From assembly GCA_013822395.1 (NCBI GenBank), contig PNKK01000011.1:4557-68556 (forward strand): a stretch of 64,000 bases of DNA, written 5' to 3'. Positions 10,151 to 18,810 of this stretch are shown here, piece by piece; position 1 is the first letter of the stretch; every line of letters starts with the position of its first letter. This DNA is from Anaerolinea sp. Lineage in GTDB: Bacteria; Chloroflexota; Limnocylindria; Limnocylindrales; CSP1-4. The notes below the pieces were generated by a model, which ran no database searches, was not told the DNA's origin, and saw only the letters and a program-made list of their open reading frames with translations. Made by a program: the position numbers and the translations under genes.

Positions 10151-10395
10151 CCCGGCTCCTCCGCGCCCACACCGTGATCGACGCCGAGCTCGATGCCTCG
10201 GGAACGCTCGTCGCCATCCGCTGGACCGGCCGGCGCGAGCCGGTCGAGGTCTGCAACCGCTGGCGGATCGAGGAGGCGTGGTGGCGGGACCTGATCGCCC
10301 GGGACTACTTCAAGGTCGTGGGGTCGCGCTGGCTCGCGCTGGTCTACTTCGACCGGGTCGCCGGTACCTGGCACCTGGAACGCCTGTACGACTGA
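10147..10395 (+). CDS. DUF6504-like small protein (usual partner of Y-family polymerase genes)
   Basis: 82-aa ORF with RWRIEEAWWRDLIARDYFKV...LALVYFDRVAGTWHLERLYD, a pattern I associate with DUF6504. Its ATGA overlaps the preceding frame. Confidence 0.6.
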   Translation: MTRLLRAHTVIDAELDASGTLVAIRWTGRREPVEVCNRWRIEEAWWRDLIARDYFKVVGSRWLALVYFDRVAGTWHLERLYD

Positions 10396-10469
10396 ACCCG
10401 GGTATGGGGCACGCCGGTCGCCGAATCCGCGCGTCCGCCGGCCGTGCCGAGGTCATCGGCTGCCCGGGT

Positions 10470-10568
10470 CAGTGGACCGGCACGATCAAGGCCACCAGAA
10501 AGAGCGACAGGAAGAGTCCAACGACGAATACCAGCGCCCCCACGTCGCGCGGTCGTACCGTCTGCACC
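10470..10568 (-). CDS. candidate 32-aa hydrophobic peptide
   Basis: GTG start preceded by GGGGGA. Translation VQTVRPRDVGALVFVVGLFLSLFLVALIVPVH has a charged N-terminus plus one TM helix. It is below the ORF-track length cutoff. Confidence 0.3.
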
Positions 10569-10723
10569 GCAGTCCCCCAGCCAGGTTGCCGGACCAGCCC
10601 CCGGCGGTCCGCTCAATTGAGTGTAGCTGCGATCAAGCTGGGTGAAAAGGGCAATTTTGGCGAAATTTCCGGCCGGCACGCGACGGGCTCTCGGCACCCG
10701 AGGGGTCGCGACTGGGGAAGCGG

Positions 10724-10828
10724 TCAGGCAGCGCCCTGCCAGGTGAGAATGACGATCAGGGCCACCATTCCCAGCAGGGAGAGCGTCAGCAGGCCCGCTC
10801 CGATGAGGTCCCTGCGCCGGGGTTCCAT
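10724..10828 (-). CDS. candidate 34-aa hydrophobic peptide
   Basis: ATG preceded by a strong SD (GCGGAGGCGGC-ATG). Translation MEPRRRDLIGAGLLTLSLLGMVALIVILTWQGAA has the same charged-N-terminus plus single-TM layout as the neighbouring peptide. Confidence 0.45.
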   Translation of the reverse strand: MEPRRRDLIGAGLLTLSLLGMVALIVILTWQGAA

Positions 10829-10930
10829 GCCGCCTCCGCTCGTTCTCCGCTCCGTCTCGCTCGCTCAGTCGAACGGGCAGTCGCACCGCCCGGACAGCGA
10901 GAGGGTACCGCACCCGGCGAGCCCATCGTG

Positions 10931-11037
10931 ACGGCGGACGCGAGAGACGGCGGACGCGAGAGACGGCGGACGCGAGAGACGGCGGACGCGAGAGACGGCG
11001 GACGCGAGAGACGGCGGACGCGAGAGACGGCGGACGT
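10931..11037. repeat. 16-nt perfect tandem repeat, ~6.6 copies (acggcggacgcgagag)
   Basis: Read directly from the sequence. The period is not a multiple of 3, so it is most likely non-coding. Confidence 0.95.
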
Positions 11038-11188
11038 GACAGGACCCCGTCACCCCCAGATGCGACGGGGTCCTGCGCTCTGCCGCCACCCGCTCACCGG
11101 GTGGTGGCCCGGTCGACCTCCGGTTGTGATACCGGTGTCGCCATTGCGTTCCCGGGCTCGACGCCCGCGAACGTTCGAATCCGTGGGC

Positions 11189-11284
11189 CTAGACGCCGCT
11201 GGCCGCCTGGGCCGCCAGTGCCGCCGGGAGGAGGACGAGGATGAGGAGACTCGCGATGGCGACCAGCGCGACGATCCGCGTCAT
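11189..11284 (-). CDS. candidate 31-aa hydrophobic peptide
   Basis: ATG start. Translation MTRIVALVAIASLLILVLLLPAALAAQAASGV. No clear SD. Confidence 0.3.
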   Translation of the reverse strand: MTRIVALVAIASLLILVLLPAALAAQAASGV

Positions 11285-11602
11285 GACAGCGACAAGGCTG
11301 CGGAAATCGGTTCCCACGGCCCTTTGACGCAACGACCCGCCGCGATGTTGCGGGGGCTCTGGGGACTTTTCAGATCGAACAGATGTTCATCATTCAGCTT
11401 TGCCCTCCTCCGAGCGCCGGGATCTCTGCAGTGGTCAAGACCCACCAGCCACGGTCGCCCTCGGATGACCTGGAAATGCCTGCTGGCCCGATCGATCCGC
11501 TGGTTCCGGGCAATCCTGAAGGACTCCGCCGCCAGCCGTGCCGAGAGGCGGTTCGCTCCCGGTGCTCGGGAACCGAGATGGACCCTCGTCCGTCCGGACC
11601 AA

Positions 11603-12184
11603 GTGACAAGTCCCTCCGTGACGCGATTCGACGCGGCCTTCGCAAGCCACCATCGCGCGGTGCTCGCCTACGCGCTCCGCCGCGTGCCGACCGAAGCCGA
11701 TGCGGAGGACGTCGTGGCCGAGACGTTTGCAGTCGCCTGGCGACGGGTCGACCGGCTGCCCGAGCCGGATCTGGCCCGGCCGTGGCTCCTCGCGATCGCC
11801 CGGCGCATCGTCGCCAATCAGCGCCGCGGATCGGTGCGCCGGTTCCGGCTCTCCTTGCGCCTTCGCGCCGAGGCGCCGCCGATGGCGACGCCACCCGATG
11901 TCGAGACGCCTGCCCTGGAGGCCCTGGCTCGCCTCCGACCCGACGACCAGGAGCTGCTTCGCCTGCTCGCGTGGGATGGTCTCAGCCAGGCCGAGGCCGG
12001 GGTGGTGCTCGGGATCAGCGCGAACGCTGTCGCGATCCGCCTCTACCGCGCCCGGCGCCGGTTCGCGGACGAACTGGCCCGAGTCGGTGGCGAGGATGTG
12101 AAAGGTTCTGCCCCCGACCGGACATCTGGTCCGGTAGAGGGCAGGCTGCCTGGTCGCCACAGCTACGGGGAACACGAACCATGA
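11603..12184 (+). CDS. ECF (sigma-70 family) RNA polymerase sigma factor
   Basis: Region 2 (DAEDVVAETFAVAWRRVDRL...RPWLLAIARRIVANQRR) and region 4 (LLRLLAWDGLSQAEAGVVLGISANAVAIRLYRARRRF). The GTG at 11603 is preferred; an in-frame ATG at 11465 is an alternative. Confidence 0.85.
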   Translation: MTSPSVTRFDAAFASHHRAVLAYALRRVPTEADAEDVVAETFAVAWRRVDRLPEPDLARPWLLAIARRIVANQRRGSVRRFRLSLRLRAEAPPMATPPDVETPALEALARLRPDDQELLRLLAWDGLSQAEAGVVLGISANAVAIRLYRARRRFADELARVGGEDVKGSAPDRTSGPVEGRLPGRHSYGEHEP

Positions 12185-12792
12185 ACGAGTACCTCGAGCC
12201 GGATCCGCTCGACGCGCTCCGGGCCGCAGATCCCGTGGATGCCGATCGCCTGTCCTCCGCGAGCCTCGCCCGCATCCGCGCGAGGATCAGTGAGGATGTC
12301 ATGACCGAAACGATCACCCGGGGGGCTCCGCGGCGGGCGCGCCTCTTCGGCCTGGGCGCCGGCGCGGCCGCGCTCGCCACCTTTGCCCTGGTTCTCATTC
12401 TTGGCGGCCGCGGCAGCGCGCCGGGCATCGTGCCCGCGCCCCCCGACGGCACCGGTTCCGACGGCACCAGTTCGGCGTCATGCGTGGAGCCCTACAGTCC
12501 GACGGCGCTCGCCAATCGCAGCTTCGCCTTTGACGGGGCGGTCACGGCGATCGACGGCGAGCGTGTGACGTTCGCGGTCAACGAGGTCTTCCGGGGCGCC
12601 CAAGACGAGACGGTCACGCTGGATGCTCCTGGGATGACCGGGACCTCGATCACCTCGGCCGGTGGGCCGAACCTCTCAGTGGGCGAGCGCTACCTCGTCG
12701 CCGGCGACGACACCTTCGTCTGGGCCTGCGGATACACGCAGCCCTTCGACGCGGCCGTCGCAGCCGAGTGGGCAGCCGCGCTCGGCGGCTGA
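12181..12792 (+). CDS. membrane protein, candidate cognate anti-sigma factor
   Basis: ATGA overlap with the sigma gene. About 45 cytoplasmic residues, one TM helix (LFGLGAGAAALATFALVLILGG) and a ~130-aa extracytoplasmic domain. Confidence 0.65.
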   Translation: MNEYLEPDPLDALRAADPVDADRLSSASLARIRARISEDVMTETITRGAPRRARLFGLGAGAAALATFALVLILGGRGSAPGIVPAPPDGTGSDGTSSASCVEPYSPTALANRSFAFDGAVTAIDGERVTFAVNEVFRGAQDETVTLDAPGMTGTSITSAGGPNLSVGERYLVAGDDTFVWACGYTQPFDAAVAAEWAAALGG

Positions 12793-12815
12793 GTCCCCCC
12801 ACCGCATCGTCTCGC

Positions 12816-12836
12816 GGCGCCTCTCCCGGAGGCGCC
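12816..12836 (+). terminator. GC-rich hairpin downstream of the anti-sigma gene
   Basis: ggcgcctc-tcccg-gaggcgcc forms an 8-bp stem, 24 nt after the stop. There is no U-tract. Confidence 0.3.
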
Positions 12837-12928
12837 GCGCTCGCTCCTCGCACGACGCTCCTGAGCCAGAGGCTGGGGGCGGGGCCGCGGTGACCGCCTC
12901 AGCCCGGGCCCTCGCGCTGGGCAGCCGG

Positions 12929-13444
12929 ATGCGGTTCGATATTCAGTTCGACACGAGCGGACGGCGTGGACGCCGGCACGCGGACGCGGAAGGTAACGTC
13001 GACGACTGGCTGCTCGAGCGCCAGCCCCGGATCGAAGCCGGCCTCGCGAGGCGTCACCTGCGTTCGGGCAGCCTCGTCCTGTACGACCTGACCAGCACGT
13101 ACGTCGAGGGCCGCCACTGCCCGCTCGCGGCCCACGGCCATTCCCGCGACGGCCGGCCCGATCGGGCCCAGATCGGTCGGGCCGCGCGACCGCTCGGCCG
13201 GCGCCGTGCGCAGGGAGCGCGACCACCGGACGGCCGATGGGCTCCCGGTCGGCAGCTTCAGCACGCTCTGGGCGAGCTCAAGACCCTGGCCCGCAACCGG
13301 GTCGTGCTGCCGGGTGCCGACGAGGCCGCGACCTTCGCCATCCTGACCGAGCCCACCGCGTTCCAGGTCCGGGCTCTCGAGCTGATCGGCGTCTCGGCCG
13401 ACTCGATGGAGTCAGAACGGCGCAGCACGATCGAGGCGATCTGA
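12929..13444 (+). mobile_element. IS1634/IS4-like transposase relic (internally deleted)
   Basis: The translation contains LERQPRIEAGLARRHLRSGSLVLYDLTSTYVEGRHCPLAAHGHSRDGRPDRAQI, a pattern typical of the N-terminal third of IS1634-family transposases. It then jumps to a C-terminal-like tail. About 170 aa remain instead of about 550, and I found no inverted repeats. Confidence 0.55.
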
Positions 13445-13661
13445 ACTCAATCGTGCTCGGATCTCAGCGGAAGTTCGGCTAAGCCAAGGTGCGGCTCGTT
13501 CCTCAAACAGTCAGGTGCGCCCGGCGATCGTCCAGGCCCGGTGGCTGCCCGTTTGCCGACCGGACGTGCGCCTCAGGCGGGCTTCGGTGACCGCCGTCAT
13601 CCACATCTCGATCGTGTCCCCGATGGCCAGCGTGGGCCCTCCCTCTATCGGACGATCCCGC

Positions 13662-13967
13662 TCAGCCGGATGCATCGTTCGCGGGAGCGAACAGCTGGAC
13701 CTCGACGATCCGGTCAAGCGCGAACCCGGCCCGGCCGTTCACGGCCTGGACGGCGACCTGCTCCGGCGCCTCGAACAGCGACAGGCAGGTGTCCTCGCCC
13801 GGGATCAGCAGGGTCCCCAGGTGGCGGGTCTCCGCGTCGGTCATCCCGTCCAGGAGGGCCGTCGCGGCGTCGACGTCGGCGGCGCTCATCGAGGGGACGT
13901 AGCGCTCAACGAGGAAGAACCGCCGCGGCGTTCCGCCTGCCGTACCTCCCTCCCTGCGCCCGGTCAT
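13662..13967 (-). CDS. DUF4242-like small protein
   Basis: 101-aa ORF. RRFFLVERYVP...GEDTCLSLFEAPEQVAVQAVNGRAGFALDRIVEV resembles the SCO4226/DUF4242 pattern. Probably leaderless: a TAGGGT box lies 6 nt from the ATG. Confidence 0.6.
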   Translation of the reverse strand: MTGRREGGTAGGTPRRFFLVERYVPSMSAADVDAATALLDGMTDAETRHLGTLLIPGEDTCLSLFEAPEQVAVQAVNGRAGFALDRIVEVQLFAPANDASG

Positions 13968-13973
13968 CGGCCC

Positions 13974-14019
13974 ACCCTAGCCGGGCGTGATCACAGGGAC
14001 ATCCGTGGGACCACCGAAT
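13974..14019 (-). promoter_or_regulatory. palindrome-plus-promoter element, copy 4 (imperfect)
   Basis: On the minus strand: ATTCGGTGG-TC-CCACGGAT, then 22 nt to TAGGGT, then 6 nt to the ATG of the DUF4242-like gene. The spacing is identical to copies 1-3. It overlaps the LAL stop codon. Confidence 0.45.
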
Positions 14020-16787
14020 CATGGGCGTCGACCCGTGAGCGCGGTCAGGAGTTCCGTCCGCGAGCGGACGTCGAGCTTGCGGTACGCCGACGACAGGTGG
14101 CTCTCGACCGTCCGGACCGACAGGAACAGCTCGTCGGCGATCTCCTGGTTCGTCCGGCCGATGGCGGCCATCTCGGCGACGCGGCGCTCCATGCCCGTCA
14201 GCTCGGCGGGGCTGGCGATCCGGCCGCTCACGCCGGCCGATTCGACCCTGGCTCGCTCCGTCCAGGGCACGCAACCCGCAGCCGCCAGTACGGCGATGCT
14301 CTCCTGGAGCGCCGCCCGCGCCGCCCGGCGCCGGTTCGCACGGCGGAGCGTCGCCCCGAGGGCCAGCAGCGTCCGGCCCCGCTCGACGGCCATCTGGTCC
14401 AGCCCGTCGGTGGCGAGCGATCGCTCGAAACTGCGGATCGCCGCGTCGTCGGCGCCACGTGCCGCCTCGAGGAGTCCGCGTGCCCGGGCCGACACGACGA
14501 GAGACCAGGGGTGACGGCCGCCGGCGGCGCGCTCCTCGAACGTGGCGATCACGTCCTCGGCCTCGTCGAGACGCCCGGTCAGGACAAGTGCTTCAGCGAG
14601 GTCCCCGTCGACCCGGTACCAGCCGGGTTCCGGCAGGCCCATCCGATCGAGTGCCGCCCTCGCGGGGGCGAGCGCGTCGACGGCGGCAATGGGGTCGCCG
14701 ACCGTCAGCTCGAGGAAACCGAGGGCGCCGAGGGCGCGAACCTCGGCCCACGGGTTCCCGACGGCTCGCGCCCGGTCGACGGCGCGGCAGCACCGGCCGC
14801 GCGCCTCGTCGAGGCGGCCGACCGCCGCCCGAACGTGACCGCTCACCGCCCAGATGTTCGCGTCCTCCAGCCCGAGCTCCTCGGCCAGCTCCTCGGCCTC
14901 GTCGGCGCGACCGAGCGCGACCGGGAGGTGCCCGGCGCAGAGCTCCACCCAGGCCAGACAGCGCAGCAGATGGGGCCGCGACGTCCAGTCCCCTTCGCGT
15001 TCGGCCGTGGCCAGGACGGCTTCGATCGCCGCCGCCGATTCGCTGTGCCGGCCGGCGTGGCCGAGGTAGTTCGCCCGGTTGGTGGAGGGGCGGGCCATCA
15101 GCGGCACATCGAGGGCCGCCTCGAGGCGGACCGCCCGATCGATGAGCTCGAAGTTAGGGCCGTGTCCACCCTCGAGGTCGGTGTCGGCGAGCACGATCAT
15201 CGCGGTCGCCACCGACTCCGGATCGTCCGACTCGTGCCCGGCCAGGAGGTCGAGGGCAGCCTGCGCGTGCTCGCGCTCCCAGTCGACGTCGTACCAGGCC
15301 ATGGATGCGGCGGCGACGTGTGCGCGAGCGAGCGCCGCTCGGTCGTCGCCGGCCTCGTCGAGCGCGCGCCGGAGCCACTCCCGCGCGGCTCCCAGCTCGG
15401 CCAGGTCCTGCTCGATCATCGCGAGCAACACGAGCGTCTCGATCCGGCCCGGCCCCGGCGGGAGCAGCACCAGGGATCGGCAGGCAGCCTTACGGGCCTC
15501 CGCCGCTGAGCCCGCGCCGAGCCGGCGCCGGGCGACGACGAGCTCCCGGCGCGAAACGACCACCGGGTCGTCGGTCGGCGAGAGCCGCACGGCGAGCTCC
15601 GCCAGCTCGGCGGCCTCGTCCGAGGCCCCCCGCCGGCGTGCATCCTCCGCGGCTGCGTCAAGGGCGGCGGCCACCGATTCGTGCGGGCCGATCGCGGCGA
15701 GAGCGCGATGTCGGGCGGCCTGCTCCGCGTCGTGCACCACGGCCGCGAGACGCTCGTGGACCTCGCGACGCCGGGCCGGCAGCGCGGTCGAGTAGGCCAC
15801 GGACGCGACGAGCGGATGGGCGCACCGAACGTTCGGCCCGTCGAGCCGGACGAGGTCGGCCGCCACGAGCTGGGGGATCGCCTCGGCGACGGCCTGCTCG
15901 CCGAGGGCGCGCTCGAGCAGCTCGACCGTCGGGTGAGCGAGCGCAGCGAGCGCAAGAAGGATTCGGCCAGCCGACGGCGAGAGCCGGGCGATCCGACCGG
16001 CCAGGAGGGCCCCCGCGTCGCCGGCCACGCGGAGGGGCTCCCCGGGGGTCGGCAGGCGTCCCTGGGCGACGATCGCCCGGGCGAGCTCGAGGGCGAGGAG
16101 CGGGTTCCCGCCAGCCTCCTGCTGGAGCCGTGCGACCACCGGTCGAGGCAACGCCAGGCCGAGCCGATCATGGAGGAGGCGCCCGATCGAACCGACCGAC
16201 AGCCCGCCGAGCACCAGGCGATCGCGGCGATCCTCCGGGAAAGCGAGCTCGAGCGGGGCCGGCTCGGCCGAGCCGGCCCCGCGGCGGGCGGCCAGGACGC
16301 TGACCGGGGTCTTCCCGAGCCGGCGCAGTGCGAACTCGAGGGCCCGGAGCGTCGCCTCGTCGACCCACTGGAGGTCGTCGAGCGCCACCAGGACCGGGGC
16401 CGGTGCCGCGAGCAGGCCGAGCACGGAGAGCACGGCGAGGCCGACCGTGCCGGGATCGGCGTCCGGTCCCCGGCCGGAACTGCGGTCACGGAGAAGGGCC
16501 GCGTCGAGTGCCCGGCGCCGGGGCTCCGGGATGGCCGGCAGCGTGGCGTCCAGCAGCGCATCGGTCAGGAGGCCCGCCAGCCCGGCGAACGCCAGGGGAC
16601 GCTCTGCCTCGCCGGGTCGCAACGCGAGGACACGAAGGCCCGACCGCTCGGCGACCGCGGTGCCGTGTCGCCACAGCGTCGTCTTGCCGATCCCGGGCTC
16701 ACCCTCCACGAGAAGCATGGCCGGGCCGAGACCGACCACGAAGTGCTCGAGCCGCTCTCGCTCGACGTCGCGACCAAGGATCGTCAT
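14019..16787 (-). CDS. LAL-type regulator (AAA/STAND ATPase + TPR-like region + LuxR HTH)
   Basis: Walker A GEPGIGKTTL, Walker B VLVALDDLQWVD, a long helical repeat region and a C-terminal LuxR HTH (RTNQEIADELFLSVRTVESHLSSAYRKLDV). The start is set at ATG 16787 (MTILGRD...) because the upstream part of the ORF translates the repeated promoter element. Confidence 0.9.
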   Translation of the reverse strand: MTILGRDVERERLEHFVVGLGPAMLLVEGEPGIGKTTLWRHGTAVAERSGLRVLALRPGEAERPLAFAGLAGLLTDALLDATLPAIPEPRRRALDAALLRDRSSGRGPDADPGTVGLAVLSVLGLLAAPAPVLVALDDLQWVDEATLRALEFALRRLGKTPVSVLAARRGAGSAEPAPLELAFPEDRRDRLVLGGLSVGSIGRLLHDRLGLALPRPVVARLQQEAGGNPLLALELARAIVAQGRLPTPGEPLRVAGDAGALLAGRIARLSPSAGRILLALAALAHPTVELLERALGEQAVAEAIPQLVAADLVRLDGPNVRCAHPLVASVAYSTALPARRREVHERLAAVVHDAEQAARHRALAAIGPHESVAAALDAAAEDARRRGASDEAAELAELAVRLSPTDDPVVVSRRELVVARRRLGAGSAAEARKAACRSLVLLPPGPGRIETLVLLAMIEQDLAELGAAREWLRRALDEAGDDRAALARAHVAAASMAWYDVDWEREHAQAALDLLAGHESDDPESVATAMIVLADTDLEGGHGPNFELIDRAVRLEAALDVPLMARPSTNRANYLGHAGRHSESAAAIEAVLATAEREGDWTSRPHLLRCLAWVELCAGHLPVALGRADEAEELAEELGLEDANIWAVSGHVRAAVGRLDEARGRCCRAVDRARAVGNPWAEVRALGALGFLELTVGDPIAAVDALAPARAALDRMGLPEPGWYRVDGDLAEALVLTGRLDEAEDVIATFEERAAGGRHPWSLVVSARARGLLEAARGADDAAIRSFERSLATDGLDQMAVERGRTLLALGATLRRANRRRAARAALQESIAVLAAAGCVPWTERARVESAGVSGRIASPAELTGMERRVAEMAAIGRTNQEIADELFLSVRTVESHLSSAYRKLDVRSRTELLTALTGRRP

Positions 16788-16890
16788 CGACTCGTCGACG
16801 ATGCACCTCCTCTGTATGCAGGATGCCACTCGGCCGGCCTCCGCGCGTGGCTCCGCGTCACGGCGCGCAGCCACGGGGTCCGGGCCATGA

Positions 16891-16935
16891 ATCCGTGGTT
16901 CCACGGATGCCCCGGGCATGGCGGGCACCTACTGT
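16891..16935 (+). promoter_or_regulatory. palindrome-plus-promoter element, copy 1
   Basis: Perfect 8-2-8 palindrome ATCCGTGGTTCCACGGAT (16891-16908). TACTGT lies at 16930-16935, 22 nt downstream. It sits within a ~130-nt repeat shared with copies 2 and 3. Confidence 0.5.
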
Positions 16936-16987
16936 GGCCGCGAGAGCCGGCTCCGGGTCGGCCAAAGGAAGGCAATGGGGAAGGCGG

Positions 16988-17077
16988 ATGGATCGTCGAT
17001 CCCGTTCCGTGCTCGTGGCCCCGCTGGTCCTGGGTCTTCTTGCTGGCTGTGCGTCGGCCGGGACTCGGGCGCCGTGA
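16988..17077 (+). pseudogene. truncated A-type lipoprotein (signal peptide only, 29 codons)
   Basis: MDRRSRSVLVAPLVLGLLAGCASAGTRAP* aligns with the first 27 residues of the intact paralog at 22894. The stop overlaps the next gene's GTG (GTGA). Confidence 0.55.
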
Positions 17078-18810
17078 TACCCGACCGCGGCGATGGCCGG
17101 CCGGGCAGGCGGGGCCTCGTCACCGTCGTCGCGGGCCTCGCGCTGGTGGCAGTCGCCTGCTCCGGCGGCGCGCCGGCCCAACCGGGCGGCTCCGCCGAGC
17201 CCGGGGGCGGGTCCGGGTTATCCGCGCCGGTCCCGGGAGCGCCGGGCGTCAACGAATCGTTCAGCTTGGCCGACGTCGACCGGGCCGTGGCCGACCTTGC
17301 GGCGATCGGCGTGGACGTGCGGCTGGCGCCATCCGACGCCGGACCGGCGGTGCCGCCGACCGGCGAGCCGTCGGCCGTCCGGCTCCTGCGCTCCCAGGTC
17401 CGCAACATGGCCCTCGAGCTGGCGGCCGGCGGAGGCGCGTTCGGTGCCAATCTCGACGCGGCCAGCCAGGCAGCCGGCGGCGGACCGGTCAGCGCCCTCC
17501 TGGCCGGCTGGGTGGCGGAGGCAGGCACGCCGGCCGCCGCGCTCGGGGCTTCGCTCATCGACGGATCGGCCAGAGAAGACCCGGCGGCGCGCATCTACCC
17601 ATCCATCGCATTGACCGCCTTCGTGGCCGACGCGACGCGCGGTGCGGGGGCCACCGCCGTGGCGTCGCGAGGCCGATGGCAGGCAACTGGCCGGGGCGTG
17701 TCGATGGTTCTGACCGCGGCGAAGGCGTCCGGCTTCTGTGGTGAGGTGTCAGCCTTCGTGTCGGCGGCGCTCGACGGCGTCGTCGAGTCGGACGCCGATC
17801 TTCCGTCCTGGCTGGCCAAGGTCATCGAGTTCTACGCGCCCCAGTTCAAGGACGATCCGGCGCTGTTTCGCCGAACGGTGGGCGCGATCGCGCTGATGAC
17901 GTATGCGACCAGCCTGGGCCGACCGTGGAGCCTGTCGCTCGACGCGGATCCGTCCGCTGTTGCCTATCGCGTCGAGGGCGGCGATGCCGTCGAGGGCGAG
18001 GTCAACCTGAGTGTCTGGCGCGGACCGAACGTCTACGACGACGAGATCGCGGCATGCGCCGAGCTGGCCGCAGCCCAGCTCGCGTCGAGCCCGGTGAAGG
18101 GGTCGGCGGTCATCTGGAACACGAGCGGACTCGCACCTCATGCCCAGCCGCTCTCGGCCGTCGGCAGCCTCGACGACGACGAGAGTGCCTCGCTCTTCTA
18201 CGAGACCGCGACCGAGAGCAAGGAGGCCGCTCAGCGAGGCACGCCGGTGACAGCCCAGATGCTCGTCTCCGTGGCTGTCGAGCGGGCCGAGATCAGGAAA
18301 CTCGCGGACGTCGTCGAGTCGATCCTGCTCGGCGATGCGGCGGGCAGTCCGGTCGGGCCCGCCGCGCAGGCCCTGTACGCGGCGATGCGGCCGAAGTTGG
18401 ACGCCCTCGCCTTCCCGAGCGCCTTCACGACGATCGACGTGACGTACCACACGCCGCCGGCGTCGCCCAGCCCGAACCCGAGCGACGGGATCACCGGGAC
18501 CTGGGACGGACTCTGGCAGAATGATCAGCAGTGGGGTGGAGCGGCGGGTGGGTTCACGATGGTGGTCGTCCAGAAGGGCAAGGCGTTCAGTGGCACGATC
18601 GACGTGACGGGCCCAACCTGCGTGCGCTCTGGGACTGTTGCCGGAACCGTCGAGAACGGCCGAATCTCGATGGGTTGGGTGGCCGCGGGCATTCGTGACG
18701 TGGCCTTCGAGGGCACACTCACCGGAAGCACGATGGCCGGCACCTGGACGATGACCGCCTGCGGCGTCGAGCAGTCAATCTCCGGCACGTGGTCAGCAGC
18801 CAGGCAGTAG
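17074..18810 (+). CDS. large lipoprotein B1 (shared N-terminal cassette, unique ~530-aa body)
   Basis: Lipobox LALVAVAC followed by SGGAPAQPGGSAEPGGGSG, shared with B2 and B3. I recognise no domain in the remainder. Confidence 0.75.
   Translation: MIPDRGDGRPGRRGLVTVVAGLALVAVACSGGAPAQPGGSAEPGGGSGLSAPVPGAPGVNESFSLADVDRAVADLAAIGVDVRLAPSDAGPAVPPTGEPSAVRLLRSQVRNMALELAAGGGAFGANLDAASQAAGGGPVSALLAGWVAEAGTPAAALGASLIDGSAREDPAARIYPSIALTAFVADATRGAGATAVASRGRWQATGRGVSMVLTAAKASGFCGEVSAFVSAALDGVVESDADLPSWLAKVIEFYAPQFKDDPALFRRTVGAIALMTYATSLGRPWSLSLDADPSAVAYRVEGGDAVEGEVNLSVWRGPNVYDDEIAACAELAAAQLASSPVKGSAVIWNTSGLAPHAQPLSAVGSLDDDESASLFYETATESKEAAQRGTPVTAQMLVSVAVERAEIRKLADVVESILLGDAAGSPVGPAAQALYAAMRPKLDALAFPSAFTTIDVTYHTPPASPSPNPSDGITGTWDGLWQNDQQWGGAAGGFTMVVVQKGKAFSGTIDVTGPTCVRSGTVAGTVENGRISMGWVAAGIRDVAFEGTLTGSTMAGTWTMTACGVEQSISGTWSAARQ

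Noticed and set aside
10150-10931. Continuation of the 504-aa ORF 9417..10931, and the 189-aa minus ORF 10344..10913.
   Set aside because: Beyond ~10100 the translation is low-complexity Arg/Pro/Ser with no homology signal. The region is better explained by short hydrophobic peptide ORFs and non-coding DNA.
10931-11037. Considered a CRISPR array or a protein repeat.
   Set aside because: The units are directly abutting with no spacers and the period is 16 nt (not a multiple of 3). It is a simple minisatellite.
11383-12180. 469-aa ORF 11383..12792 as a single gene.
   Set aside because: Its first ~265 codons are Arg/Pro-rich and overlap the well-supported ECF sigma gene in another frame. Only the part from ATG 12181 (the anti-sigma-like protein) is credible.
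13511-13717. 68-aa minus-strand ORF overlapping the end of the DUF4242-like gene.
   Set aside because: GC3 is coding-like in its last ~45 codons, but it has no recognisable family, no clear start or SD, and overlaps the neighbouring gene. It may be a gene remnant next to the IS relic. Left uncalled.
16328-17077. ORFs translating the repeated leader (recurring peptide GPGHESVVPRMPRAWRAPTVA in ORFs 16328.., 18993.., 22803..; ASVEPRIHGPDPVAA on the minus strand).
   Set aside because: The conservation is at the nucleotide level and includes a palindrome and promoter-like hexamers. The frames differ between copies and run into unrelated sequence. It is a regulatory repeat, not a protein.
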